A stretch of 64,000 nucleotides of DNA from Felis catus (GCF_018350175.1 NC_058383.1:26848001-26912000), one strand, 5' to 3'; counted from the first letter of the stretch, positions 23,090-36,122 are shown. Numbers and translations: made by a program. Notes: generated by a model from the sequence alone, not told the origin.

Positions 23090-23899
23090 CCTATACATTG
23101 GCCTTCTGAGGGCCAATCCCCTAGATTGAGATTTCCTTTCTCCTTTTCTTTTCTCTGTAGTTCTTCCTCTGTATCTCCAGACATTGTTTAAGGCTATTCA
23201 ATGCAAAAAAGCTCATTATACTGCTTTCCCCCTGCAACAGGGATTTAGATCCTAAAAGGAAGGGCTCAGACCTTGGAAACCCCAAAGAACCTGTTTATTC
23301 TTCATGTAGGGTGGGGCTGATGGTATATGAAATGTCAGATCCCTGTCTTCCCTTCTGCAAAATGCCACTACTACACAGCAACGAGGATGGCCAGCTGGGA
23401 GCTCTGCCCAGGGCTATCGGTCTCTAGAGTCTATAACCACTCTGCTTCCCTGCCTCCTACTTGGGTTCACTGCACCTTGGTGGTGATGTGTTGGGGGCTG
23501 TGGGCCTAGTTCATTAACTAGCTATGTCTCTTTGGGTTTGCCACTTCTCCTCGTGGCCGGTAAAGCTAAAGGGATGAGTTAGATATTCTCTACCATTACT
23601 TTCAGCTCTAATGATTAGTATGCCTTGTCTTGCAGGCCCCAAAGCAGAGAGTCATTGCTGTGTGGAGGCAGTCATCCATCCAACAAACATGTCTTGAGCT
23701 GTTCATGGGCTCCAGGCCCAGTACTGGGTAATGGGCTCTAAAGATGAAGAGAGAGATCTCTGTACCTGAGGATCTCCTAGTCTGGAGATAGAAATAGACA
23801 GGTCCATAGGTACAATGAGTTACTGTTCCTAAAGTAAGGGGTACAATCAAGGTTTGAAAAGCTAGCAATGATTCCAGTGGGTGAGACCTAGAGGCTTCT

Positions 23900-24222
23900 T
23901 TCCTCGTAGGTACCATTCAGGCTTAGCTGGGACTGTTTACTACAATGCCTACATGTATTCTCTCCCAATGGCTTGGGCTTCCTTTAAACATGGCAGCCTC
24001 AGGGTGGTCAGACTTCTTTCATGGTGGCTTATGGCTCCAAGAGTGAGTGGAAGCTTCATGGCTCTTGATGACATAGCTTTGGAAGTCACATAGTGTCCCT
24101 TCTGCCATAATTTATAAGTTGAGACAGTTATGAGCCCATTCAGATTCAAGGAGAGGGCTCACAGACCCTACCTCATGATGGCAGGGTGTCAAAATTTTCT
24201 CAGCCATATTTTAAAACCACCA
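23900..24222 (-). mobile_element. MaLR (MLT1) LTR fragment
   Basis: 'gcttgggcttcctt...catggcagcctcagggtggtcagacttctt...gccatattttaaaaccaccat'. Confidence 0.6.
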
Positions 24223-24799
24223 TACTATCCTTATTCCAATGTTCAGAGATCTGAATTCCTCCGACTGTTTAGCAGAGAATCCCACCTTGAAAAATCTCTC
24301 CAGGTGTATTTACACCAAAAGCCTACTTCAATTAATCAATTCTAATGCTCCAATTACTCAGCTTATATTTTCAGACACTCTAATAAGCACCACAAATGAA
24401 TAGGAATTAAACTGACGGTACATCACCCTCCACTATTAGAAAGACCATACCTGATTTCCCAAGCAGCCTTCAGCTTTGTGAAACAAACTTCCTTGCCTCA
24501 CTTCTGTTTAGCAAAGGGAAATGTTTCCCTGGGGGCTGAGGTGAGGTCAGAGCAGGTGGGAGCACTCTTAACACTGTAGCAATCATAATAAAGGCAAGTT
24601 TTACGTGAAGACTGGAGCCTTTCTGATATGTGCCCTTTTCATGTTGGGAAAGACCTGAGTTCTTATTTAAGGTTTGGTGGTTAACAACCAGGCCTCAGTT
24701 GACTCATCTGTAGAGTAAGGGCTTGACACTTTCTAAGGACTCTTCCAGCTCTAAAAATGTCTGCAATTATAGGAATATTTGCCAAGGGCAATTTTCTAA

Positions 24800-25500
24800 C
24801 ATCAATACTCAGAGGGAGCACCCATGTAATAATCACATTCATATGAATAAGTTGCCTTGAAGAAATACTGCCTCACCCCTGGTAATCAGAACTTTTCCTC
24901 TGCATTTACATAAATACACACATACATTTTTATATAAGTGGTATATTACTATAGATTTTCTTCTACAATTTCCTTCCCCCCAACCAGTATTATATACACT
25001 GAAAAACTTCCACATTAGTACATAAAATTAAGCTTAATTCTTTTCTACTACTCCATAATAGTCCACTGTATGGATATGCCATCAGTCATTTATGTATGCT
25101 CTCTTTAATGTAAATGTAGATTCCTTCTATTATTTTGTCTTTATTAACAATGCTACAATGAACAACCATGGATATTACTTTCTCATTTGCAGGTATATCT
25201 ATAGAATAATTTTCTCGAAGCAAATTTACCGGATCCAAGGTTATGCGCTTTTGTAAATTTGATCAATATTGACATATTTCTTGTCATAGAGATTATACCA
25301 ATTAATTCTTCCATCAATAATATATGAAAGAGCTTTTCTCCTTCAAATAGAATATGATCAAACATTATAATTCTTGCCAATTCTGGTAAGGTGGAAATGG
25401 CATCACATTGTCATTTAAAGTGGGTGTTCGTCTTTGGTGAGGAAGCGAACACCTTTTATAGGTTAAGAGTCCTTCGTATTTCTTTTCCTCAGAAATGCTC
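24800..25500 (-). mobile_element. Ancient L1 (L1ME-like) fragment
   Basis: AT-rich antisense L1-like text, e.g. 'aacaatgctacaatgaaca...gaaatggcatcacattgtcattt'. Confidence 0.55.
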
Positions 25501-25959
25501 CTTATAGACTCTGGAAGGAGATTCACTTAAAACATATTTAACAGATATCATTAAATTTGTCTAATGGACCCACTAAATGGCATTGCTTTAGCCTGCTCTT
25601 TATACCAGGGTCCAAAGCCATCTATAAGCCCTTAGGCAGATGGTGACATCCCCACTCTAGCAATCCATTCCTTTATGGTTTTTGGGTTTTGGTTTTTTTT
25701 TTTTTTTTAGCTTTGCTGTTAGATGGGGTAGAGTGGAACAGCTGCCAGAGTGACCTCCACCAGCCACAGACTTGGTTCATATTTTCTAGAAAAACACCGA
25801 GTAGATAATATGAACCACCAAAGCTTCTGACTTCCCATGCAATCTTGTCCATGAGTCTCATGAAATGAGTACACTTTAATTTTGCTGAAGCCTGTTCCTT
25901 TGCAGGACATTTTGTTATCATTATGAGTTTTGTCATTGAAAAAAAAAAAAAAAAACCCA

Positions 25960-26183
25960 GGGGCACCTGGGTGGCTCAGTTGGTTAAGCGCCCGACTTCA
26001 GCTCAGGTCACGATTTCACAGTCCGTGAGTTCGAGCCCCACATCGGGCTCTGGGCTGATGGCTCAGAGCCTGGAACCTGCTTCCGATTTTGTGTCTCCCT
26101 CTCTCTCTGTCCCTCCCCCGTTCATGCTCTGTCTGACTCTGTCTCAAAAAAAAAAAAAAAAAATAGATAAATGTTAAAAAAAA
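25960..26183 (+). mobile_element. CAN-SINE (SINEC_Fc, young)
   Basis: CpG-rich head; TSD aaaaaaaaccca on both sides. Confidence 0.95.
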
Positions 26184-27894
26184 CCCAAATTCGTGGTTTT
26201 TCTAGAAAAAGTCAAACATTAGCCAGCTTTATCATTTATCAGCATCAGCTCTTTCTACTGATGATGGCGGTGACAAAACCTCTTTCTTCTCAGCACCTCC
26301 TTAATCCTCGCTTTTTCAGGGCTGGATGCAGAGACAGGAGGAAGGCCAGGTTTGGCTCCAAGCCTAGGTAAGCCATGCCTGCCAACACAGTTAGCCAGAA
26401 ACCTTGTGTTGTGAGGTTAATGGTCCTTGCCCAGCCAGGGATAAAGATGATAGTCTACTTAGATTGTCATGTGGCCTTAGTGTCTGGTACCAACTGGTTA
26501 AAATCCCAGAGGGAGGAAGTTTGGGCAATTAGCCAGATTCCAACATTTGTCAGGCACCAGGTTCTGTGTTAGGGATGCAAAAATGAATGAATAAGATGTA
26601 GCCCTGGGGCTCAAGTAACAAACATCAGAGCAGGTCAACCCACAAACAGCTATTTGTAATACAATGTGCTAAGTTCCATGATAGGAGGAAGCTTTCCAAT
26701 CTAACCCGAAGGAAGATTCCTGGAGGAGGTGCACCTTGGCAATAATATTCGTATCAGTTGGGTGTGCTGGGTCAATTTTTGTAGCTATACAGGGAGGCAA
26801 GACTGTCATTAACTAAGTGGAGAAGAGAAATAAAAAGGTGCGTGCATGTGTGTAATGAAAAGTGATTTGGTGTTTCCGGAGCAGAAAGTATATTGTAGGT
26901 AATGGTTGAAGAGGTAGAGCATGATGAGGTCAGTTTGTGATTTATCCTGTAGGTTAACTTGTGTTTCCCCCATAGCTGGACAATACAAATAGCATTCTAC
27001 TGCGTAATGTGTTCTCTTGGGTATGTCTAGACTTATGCACAATTACCATCTCACTGGCGGTATCTGCACCCCTTTCTTTATCCAGCAAGTATGTTAAAAA
27101 GATGAAGTTTTTCACTGTCCTTGTAAAGCCTGAACCCATCAGGTTTGGAACTTGAAGAGGAGTGGAGGTCAAGGAAATAAAGTCCAGTGGCAGATATAAT
27201 GTCCAAATAGCTCAACCCCTTTACAGTGGATTCGAATCATCTGTATATTTTGACTTAATCTAATTAATCTCTTCATACTCAGCAAAGAACACACAAAAGC
27301 AGGAGCTGGCGACATGCACAGGAAGGCGAACAAGATAAACTTCTTGAGCCAACGCCACCATCCTCTGCGTGGTGCACACACACACACAAAGAGCATGAGA
27401 TGGGAGGACAGATGTTCATGTTCTGTCATCAGGGTCGGTTTCCCATGTAATTTCCATAACATGAGCTCCTCTCTGTGCTGAGTGGGATTCTAGTACTTAA
27501 AGATATGTGTTCCCTACAACCTGGGTGCTAAATGCAAGATGAAGGACTCACTGGAAAACCAGTCCTTCACGGGCAGGGTTGATCATACACAAAATGCAGC
27601 ATATATTGTTTTTAATGGGCTCCTTAGGAGACTCAGTGGTTTTCATTATATCTCCCCTATTTCCCTTGCTGATTTTTTAATATGGCACCCACAAGGGAAG
27701 CAAAATGGTAATTTTCTCATTTCTCAAAAGTATAAAGGAGATTCAAAAGCCTAGTTCACAGCAACCTCATGCTTTTACCATTCATGTATTACACTCCATA
27801 GCCTCCCTCTGCCAACACAGCTGTGTACACCTTTTCTCTCTCTTCCCCCCACTGTGTCTTCTTGTACTAGAAAGATGGAACCATCCCCATTTCT

Positions 27895-28119
27895 TTTTTT
27901 TTTTTTAATTTTTTTTCAACATTTATTTGTTTTTGGGACAGAGAGAGACAGAGCATGAACGGGGGAGGGGCAGAGAGAGAGGGAGACACAGAATCGGAAA
28001 CAGGCTCCAGGCCCTGAGCCATCAGCCCAGAGCCCGACGCGGGGCTCAAACCCACAGACCGCGAGATCGTGACCTGGCTGAAGTCGGATGCTTAACCGAC
28101 TGCGCCACCCAGGCGCCCC
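27895..28119 (-). mobile_element. CAN-SINE (SINEC_Fc, very young)
   Basis: Perfect 15-bp TSD accatccccatttct (27880-27894, 28120-28134); many intact CpGs. Confidence 0.97.
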
Positions 28120-28189
28120 ACCATCCCCATTTCTAAGGGACTAGGAGATGGGCAGACAGCAATTGCATATGTCATTATCATACCCTTCG

Positions 28190-28561
28190 TGTTAGGGGAT
28201 GGATTGTGTCTGCCCTGCCTCCAATTCCTACATTGAAGTCCGAATGCCTACTACTTCAGAGTGTGACAATTTTTGCAGATAGTGTCTTTAAGAAGGTAAT
28301 GAAGTTAAAATGAGGTCATTAAGGTAGACCCTAATCTAATACAACTGGTGTCCTTATCAGAAGTGGAAATTTGGACACAGACATGCACAGAGGGAAGACA
28401 ACCACATACAAGCCAAAGAGAGGCCTCGGGAGAAACCAACCCTATCAACACCTCAATCTTAGACTTCTGGCCTCTAAAATGGCATGAAAATAAATTTCTC
28501 TTGTTTAAGCCATCCAGTCTCTTGCTGTAACAAGGTGCAGCAATCCTAAGAAACCAGTACA
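28190..28561 (+). mobile_element. MaLR solo LTR (MLT1A/B-like)
   Basis: TG...ACA ends; 'gttaaaatgaggtcattaaggt...cctaatctaat', 'aataaatttctcttgtttaagcca'. Confidence 0.85.
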
Positions 28562-30852
28562 TTTGGGGGGGTGTGGGGGAGACTGTGAACATTCACATGA
28601 ATGATGCCTGTCCTGTCCCCCTCCAATCTGTTCAAATTTATACCCCAAAAAGGGAAACTACTTACAAACATTGGTATTTGAGTTGCTTTTGGTCACAAAT
28701 TACTTGTGATGCCCCTCACAGCCTTTTGGAAGAATGTGAAAACATTGTTTGGGGGTGGTAGGGGCCATGGGAGAATTGAGAGCAGAGAAGAAAATTGTGG
28801 ATCTGAATCTGGGGTAGACCTCACCAGCATCAATATTGAAGACAGATTGAAAGAGGACAAGACTGGAAATAGAGAACCATTAAAAAGCTGTTTCATACAT
28901 AGCAGCAGAGATGGAGACTTCAGGATGCTTCTGATAAATATCTGGGTATAAGAATAGTAATCATGGTGAACAGGATGGGGGATGAAGTGTGGTAGGAGAG
29001 ATGGATGGCTGCTATCTTTCTAGCTCGGGCATCTGAGTATATGTCGGCACCATGAATGGAAAAGGACTACGGGAGAATGTATTTGTTTATTTGCATGCCC
29101 ATCTTCTTCTAGAAAGAGCTCAAGTTGGCTTGCACAATTATTGACTGTGCCATAATAAAGATAAGGAGATGAGGAAAGTGAAGCAAGGAACAACTGAAAG
29201 TGGAAAAGAGAAGTTGAAGCCAAGAGTGAGGTTGGCATGCAAGTCAAATCCTCATCCAAAGATTCTAAACACTTGCCAGATGGACTGTACATTTTGCTTT
29301 AGGCCAACAAATGACATTATTCACATTTGACAGTTTGGTCACTGTTGTTCACCTCTTCTGAGAACCCAGAGTCTGAAAATTTCAGTTTGGTGAAAACCTA
29401 GCTTTTGGGTTTTGGGTGTCAGAGGCACCAGGGAGCTGGGGAGAAGCATCGGTTGAATATGTGGAGAGTTCCTACACAGAGGGAGAGGTGCGGAGGAGGT
29501 TCAAAAAATGGGAGGCATCCCCTGACTCATCCTAAAGCAGAGTGGCATTTGGGCTGAGTTCAGAGACTGTCTGAGGAGTTGGAGTGTCTGTTCTTTGATG
29601 CAGCCAGGTAGAATCCTTTTATTTGGGGAAATGACATGGTTATGTCTGTCATACACCTTCTGTGATGCCACTTGACTGATTTACATAGCATCTCTGTTTC
29701 TGCTATGTGAATGTATGAGTTATATAAGCAATCTGGCAGCTTAAGTCTTGTTACTGTCATTTCCAAGGTGGCAGATGGTTCAGAACAAGGCTACCTTTTC
29801 TGCCACACAATCAAGCATGAATGCATCCCCATCCAGGCACATTTCTATTATCCCTTCACGACTGCATCTTTGGAATATGCCCAAGCCACCAGTTTGATAG
29901 CTTTTGGGCGGGCAAGAGAATGGTTGTCCCCATGCTCTATTTCCTAGAGAGTCTGTCTTTTGCCAAATGTTAAGGGGGAAGTGAGCAAGGTGTTCAAGAG
30001 GTTTATCTCCCTGCTGCCTATGAGGGACCTTTCTCTACTGAAGAAAGGCAATAAGGAGGACTGTTGAGAGTGAGTTCTATCAAGTGGCTCTTGGCATTTA
30101 TTCTACTTCACTTCACTAGGTCCAGAACTGGTTGGAGCCTGGTTAGCTGATTTTTGGGATTCACGAGTAGGTGAGTGTATGTATGAGTATGTGCGCACAT
30201 GTGTGCACCTGCACATGTACATTAGGGCTTACTTTGTCCTCTGCAGGGAGTATCTGTTGCTGCTGCCCACCCACATTCATTCCTGTTCTGCAGTAAAATC
30301 ATCCCGATTTACCCTTGGAGAGTCACTTTCAGAGGTGGTGAAATGATTTAGATCATTGTCTTCCATCTCCTTGCCTTCCGTGATTGGCTCACACAGGGGC
30401 ACATGACCGCCTCCAGGCCTGAGAACTATCTTGGCACTTAGAATGGAGCCCACTGGAGACAAGATGTTCTCATTTCTTCTGGGGCCACTGATCTAGTCCA
30501 AGATAAACCTGGCCTTGCTGGCTACCATCTTTTCACCACATGCAGATGGCACACCTATGAATGGAAACCATCTGTGGGAAGGAGACCTGGGATTTGGGAA
30601 GAGACAGCCTGGATCTAGCCATAAATGAAGCCAGATGCACTGCAGACTTCCGAGATTTGTCAACCAACAGAATTATTGTCGTCAGTGTTATTTTGCTTAC
30701 ACCGGCTTTATTTATGTCACTTGGAACTGCAGCTCTTGTCCAGGATAGTCATGCTACCTTTATGCTTGACTGTCTCTAGACAGGATCCGGGCTGGATACT
30801 GCCAGTATGGTGGAGTTGGTAACTTTTGCTTTTACAAGTTTATCTTTCCTTT

Positions 30853-31066
30853 TTTTTTGTAATGTTTATTTATTTATTTTTGAGACAGAGATACAGAGCG
30901 TGAATGGGGGGAGGGGCGGAGAGAGAGGGAGACACAGAATCTGAGACAGGCTCCAGGCTCCGAGCTCTCAGCACAGAGCCTGACGTGGGGCTTGAACTCA
31001 TCATCCATGAGATCATGACCTGAGCCGAAGTCAGACACTTAACTCACTGAGCCACCCAGGCACCCC
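30853..31066 (-). mobile_element. CAN-SINE (SINEC_Fc)
   Basis: TSD ttatctttccttt (30840-30852, 31067-31079). Confidence 0.95.
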
Positions 31067-31104
31067 TTATCTTTCCTTTGCCTTCAGTATGTGCCAGATC
31101 ATTG

Positions 31105-31280
31105 GTATGGGCTTTGGAGTCAGAGATCTGGGTATGAGTCATGGCCCTGGCAAACCATTTTTTGTGTGTGTATATAAATGATACACCTTCTCAGAACCTC
31201 AGTTTCCTCATCTGTGATGCAGGGAGCACAACACCAACCTAATATGATTGTTGCAACTGTGACGACAGTGTAAATGAGCA
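31105..31280 (+). mobile_element. MIR SINE
   Basis: 'ggctttggagtcag...cctcagtttcctcatctgt'. Confidence 0.7.
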
Positions 31281-33379
31281 GCTATGAATTTGCTCTACAG
31301 TATTTGATGCAACAAATGCCAAAATATTTTGCTTTACATCAAATTAAATCTGGTTTCCTCTAGCTAGAGTGTTGAAACCTTCAATCACAGGCATGTTCAG
31401 GGGCATTCCCTGCCAATCCCCAGAGATAGACACAATTGAGGGATCTTATGTTGTGACTTAAAAATTAGGAGGGGCTTGGACCTCATTCCTTGGGGGCCAC
31501 CAGAGTTCCTGATGCATCCTGTGTTTCATGATGTCACTGAACTTACCCTACTTTGTCTCCCAGTCTTTGTCCTCTCTGAGGACACAGGGATGCTTCTCAT
31601 TACTACTGTCTTTTCTTCTAGTCAGAGGTTTGACCACAGATCTTTTTGCCAGTGCTGTCAAAGTCTTGGCATCTTGTCCAACCTCCCTGGTATCCTACAG
31701 GGCTCTGTGTTCAGACAGTATACAGGTTCTATCACTTGTGAAAACCTCACACCTCCATACCCCTTGCGTTATATGGAGAAGCCAATGCTTAATGCACCTC
31801 CTCACTACAGATCCCACCCCTTACCAGCCTATTTTCCCTTGCTGTCAATGAGGTTCTTACCTCCCAAGCAAAACTAGAGGGCTGCCTTTTGGATGTCTCA
31901 TAATTTATGTTTTAGGCCCCGTTGGTTGAGATTCTAGTTGTCTGCACCATCAAGTCTCTCTATTTTTTAATGCAATGGCATTTTTAGCTGTATAACTAGA
32001 TGCCCAGAGTAAGGCTGACATATATCAGGCTGATTTTCAGCTGGGGGTAGCTATGTAGCTGAGTTCTGGCCAAAGGAATCAAAGTGGAAAGGGTGGATAG
32101 AAACTTCAGGGGACTTCAAAGAGACATTTCAGGCCTGCTGTTTGTCCCTTCTTCTTCTTCTCCTCCTTTTCCATCCTGCTGCCTAGAATGTAGATGGAGC
32201 CATCTTGGACCAAGAGCATGGTGATGAGAGCTCTGAGTTGGGAGAGGACTGAGTCTTCAACTATAGAAAAGACACAGAGGAGGAAGCCCCCCTTCTTTGG
32301 CCCAGTGTCAGGATGATTAAAATGGCAGCTGCCATCTTGTGACCCTTAAGGGACAAGTTCAAGGATCAGGGCAACCACTGAGCATGACAGAGCTGAAGGA
32401 GGGGAAACCTGGGACCCTATGACATCACTCACCCTGGAGACTCCCACACCCAGACTTCCTGTTATGTGAGATGAGATAGTTTGTCCATTGTTTGAGCCAC
32501 TTGTATTTGGATATTTTATTACATAAATGTCCCCTGACTGATTGGACATGAAGGAGCACAGTCCCAGAACACCAAGGCTTGGTTGCTTGTTCATAAGATG
32601 AGGCAAGGAAAATCCCTCTTGATCTTGTGAGCGTTCTTTAGCAATGAGAACAAAACACAAACAGATATCACAGTAAATTATCCCCCCATATGTAAAAAGC
32701 ACAGCATGGAACCTGACACATTTAAGCAGTCAGTAAAAGGTAGCTATTTTTCTTTTTCTCATTAGCATAATGCCTCAATAAATGTTAGTTTCTGATCCTA
32801 TCTCCTTGAGTGTCTCTCCCTTTGCTGCTAAGTTCCTCCATACCTGTATATTTATCTCCCTTCTCCCCTATTAAAACTGGCTCTTGAAAACACTGTCAAC
32901 TCACTCTCATTGAGGTGTCAGTGATAGATAAGGCTTAATGTATGACCTCATTCCCCAAACACTATCGGCTTGCCAGTGAGATTTACATTTAATAGAGGAT
33001 TAACGCCTTAAGCCAAAGGAATGAATCTTTAATGGTGAAATCTGAGGCACCAGAAAGCTTATGAAAAACTGATATTGAAGGGGAGGGGTCTTCCTGATGA
33101 TGCCCAGTTTCTAAAGGGGTTCACATGACATTCTCCAAAGTCCCCCAGATTTGAAAACATGCCATACAGCAATTCACAATCAGTGGTTGGCAAACAGCAG
33201 ATTCTTGATGGAGCTTTGTGGAACTGAACTGGGGTGTGTGTGTGTGTGGGGGGGGGGGTATTGTGAAATCAAAGGCATGAGAAGAGGGTGCCTCAGCTCT
33301 GTAAGGGGCTGTCTATGAGTCATACCAATTGTGTGGATGGAACTTTCCTGGAGACTGGTGCCATGTTGAGCCACATTTG

Positions 33380-33830
33380 TTTTCTGACATTGCACTTTGT
33401 TGTTTTCTCTTGACATCCGTGCTTCAGGGGCTCTATCAAGTTTTCTTTCTTTCCCACCCACCCATACCCACCCTGCCCCATTTCTGCACTTGAGTCTTCT
33501 CTTCCAGCCTCATCCCCATCTTGATTCTTCTCTCTGCTTGGTCTGACCTCCCCAAGTGCCTCTTTGGACAGGCCTCCTGAGTTCTGTGAGCATGACTTGG
33601 GGTCTCTCCACACTTGCCCTGGACCTCTGGGCATCTCCGTTGGGCCCCAGCAGTGCACATATGATAGGCTGCTTTGTGGTCTTTGGGATTTCCTGTCTGA
33701 GCCTCAGCCTGCACTCAGTTCCTTGCTCCACATCTCCTCTTGGATGTCTCACTGATACTTTAAACTCAACATGTGTCCCAAGTGTCTTCCCTGAGTTCCT
33801 CTAGATCCACACTCTACCTGTGTCCATCTT
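33380..33830 (+). mobile_element. L2 LINE fragment
   Basis: 'catctcctcttggatgtctcactgatactttaaactcaacatgtgtcc' L2 hallmark. Confidence 0.6.
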
Positions 33831-34139
33831 GTGCTCTCTCTGGGAGCCTGAGCTATTTGAACCTCATGAGTTCTGGCTGGGTTGGGCCAGTTAGATGGAG
33901 AGAAGATGGAGGAGGGAGGAAGTAGTGGGAGGATGCAGTGTTTAGTGCCCAGTCCCCTTTCTGAAAGGTATTCTTAGCCTCCACCAAAAGCTTGCTCCTT
34001 TCAACATAGCCTTCTCTCCATGACTGACTCCTTCCAAGTTCTGGCAACTTCCTGAACTTTCTGTCTCCTTGTCCCTGCTGGCTTGGGACAGTAACAGATC
34101 CTCTTCTGCTGCTGGTGCCAGGTTATTTCTCTCACCCTC

Positions 34140-34313
34140 TTGATGGTTCCCCTGCACTAGCTGTGTCAGCATCACCTGGAAGCTTGCCAGAAATGCAAAT
34201 TTGGGGGCCATACCCCAGTCTTTATGAACTGGAAATTGGGGACAGGATCCAGCAGTGGGCATCTTAAACAACCCTCTAGGTGATTCTGATGCATGCTGGT
34301 TTGAGAATCACTG
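34140..34313. mobile_element. MER5A hAT-Charlie DNA transposon
   Basis: 'cagcatcacctggaagcttgccagaaatgcaaat...ggtgattctgatgca...tttgagaatcactg'. Confidence 0.8.
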
Positions 34314-34419
34314 GACTTTACCTTTCTACACGTTTGAAATTACTAGCAAGCTCTTTTCAAATTATGCTACACTGAGTGTTTCCTATTGAGGGTCTAATTG
34401 TTTAATAACAATAACAAAA

Positions 34420-34767
34420 GGGGCGCCTGGGGGGCTTAGTCATTTAAGCATCCAACTCTTTTTTTTTTTCATGTTTTTATTTATTTTTGAAGGAGAGAGA
34501 AAGAGCATGAGTGGGAGGGGGCAGAGAGAGAGAGGGAGACACAGAATTCAAAGCAGGCTCCAGGCTCTGAGCTATCAGCACAGAGCCTGATGCGGGGCTC
34601 GAACTCACGAACTGTGAGATCATGACCTGAGCCGAAGTCGGATGCTTAACCGACTGAGCCACCCAGGCGCCCCAAGCATCCAACTCTTGATCTCACCTCA
34701 GGTCATGATCTCACATTCCTGAGATCAAGCCACATGTCCTGCTCTACACTGACAGAGCCCGCTAGGG

Positions 34768-34825
<58 letters not shown>

Positions 34826-34950
34826 TCTCCCCCCCCCTTTCTCCCCCTTTCTCCCTCTCTCCCTCTCCCCCTCTCCCCCTCTCCCCCTCCTCCCTTCCTC
34901 TGTCCCTCCCTTGCCTGTGATGTCTCTCTCAAAATAAATACATAAGCTTA
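34420..34950 (+). mobile_element. CAN-SINE (host) with expanded CT tract, interrupted by an antisense SINE
   Basis: Head at 34420-34460 resumes at 34674; tail 'aaaataaatacataa'. Confidence 0.9.
34461..34673 (-). mobile_element. CAN-SINE (SINEC_Fc) nested in another SINE
   Basis: Perfect 15-bp TSD aagcatccaactctt (34446-34460, 34674-34688). Confidence 0.97.
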
Positions 34951-34961
34951 AAAAGGATAAC

Positions 34962-34997
34962 GATGATGATGATGATAATAATAATAATAATAATAAT
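34962..34997 (+). repeat. (GAT)n(AAT)n trinucleotide microsatellite
   Basis: Directly visible. Confidence 0.9.
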
Positions 34998-36103
34998 GGA
35001 ATTCTGATCCTCCTGACTCTCTTCTAGGATCACTATTCCAATGAACGGAATGACATGGAATTTGGTCTTACACATTGTTATACTCTCAGGAATTACAAGT
35101 CCATCAGATAAGCTGTAGGTGCTCATTAAAGGTTCATTTCAGTGCAATTTTTTCTTCCTAATTTGGTACTTTTCCTAACATGCCATCCATCTATCCATCC
35201 ATTCACCCACCCAGGCACCACCATACAGGTACTGAGGATATGAAGCTATATAGTGTCTGGTGTCCAGGATCTCATGAGTTAGTGGGTGAGATGTCCGTAT
35301 TCAATGAGGATCATCATACTATCTATATACCCCATGGGGTTGTCGTGAAGATTGAATCTGGTAACGCATATAGATTTCTTGGCACAGTGGCTGACATCAA
35401 CACGATGCTCAGTCAGTTTTAGTGTTATTTATTATGATCTCAGTAGATAAATTATAGTATAGCTTAGACAGGGCTCAAACAGAGATAAGAACAGAGCTTT
35501 GTGGAGCTACTCCATGCTATGAAGCTGAGTGAGCATTTTGTGAGTTTAAGGATCATTAAAAGTACTTTGTAAATTGCTTGGAGTTACATAAGTATAAAGT
35601 GTTTATTTACTGGTGTGGCTATTATTCTTGCCCTTGTGTGTTATCTCCTCCCTGCTTTCCCTCTTCAAAGCTACCCTTTAGTTTCATTTTGGCCTGGTTT
35701 TATTCCCATTAAAGGTTAGTCAGCACACAGGAATAACTCAATGCTTTATTCTGGGCTGAGATACCCTCAGCCTCTCCACTGATTTTTTCCCTCAAAAATG
35801 AATATAATTTTTATCATTTTCAGTGGTTAAAAAAAAGACCGATGTTCATTGTTTTTTAAAAAAATCAAGATAAGTACATAAAATAAAATACGTATCAGTC
35901 AAAACAAATCACTCAGAGATACTACTTTTAACGTTGTGGTGAACCTCCTTCTGAACGTATCACTTACACATTTATCTGAAGCCCTATCTAGCTTTTTGAT
36001 TTTATATAAATGGGGTCATTTTATTCAGGCAACCCACTTTTTAAACAGAAATCATCAGCAGAAACTTGGAAATTTTTGAGATGCTCTCGGTCTCTCTCGA
36101 ATA

Positions 36104-36122
36104 TGACCACCAGATGGCGCTA
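36104..36122 (+). promoter_or_regulatory. Candidate CTCF binding site
   Basis: TGACCACCAGATGGCGCTA closely matches the CTCF core consensus TGGCCACCAG(G/A)(G/T)GGCGCTA. Confidence 0.7.
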
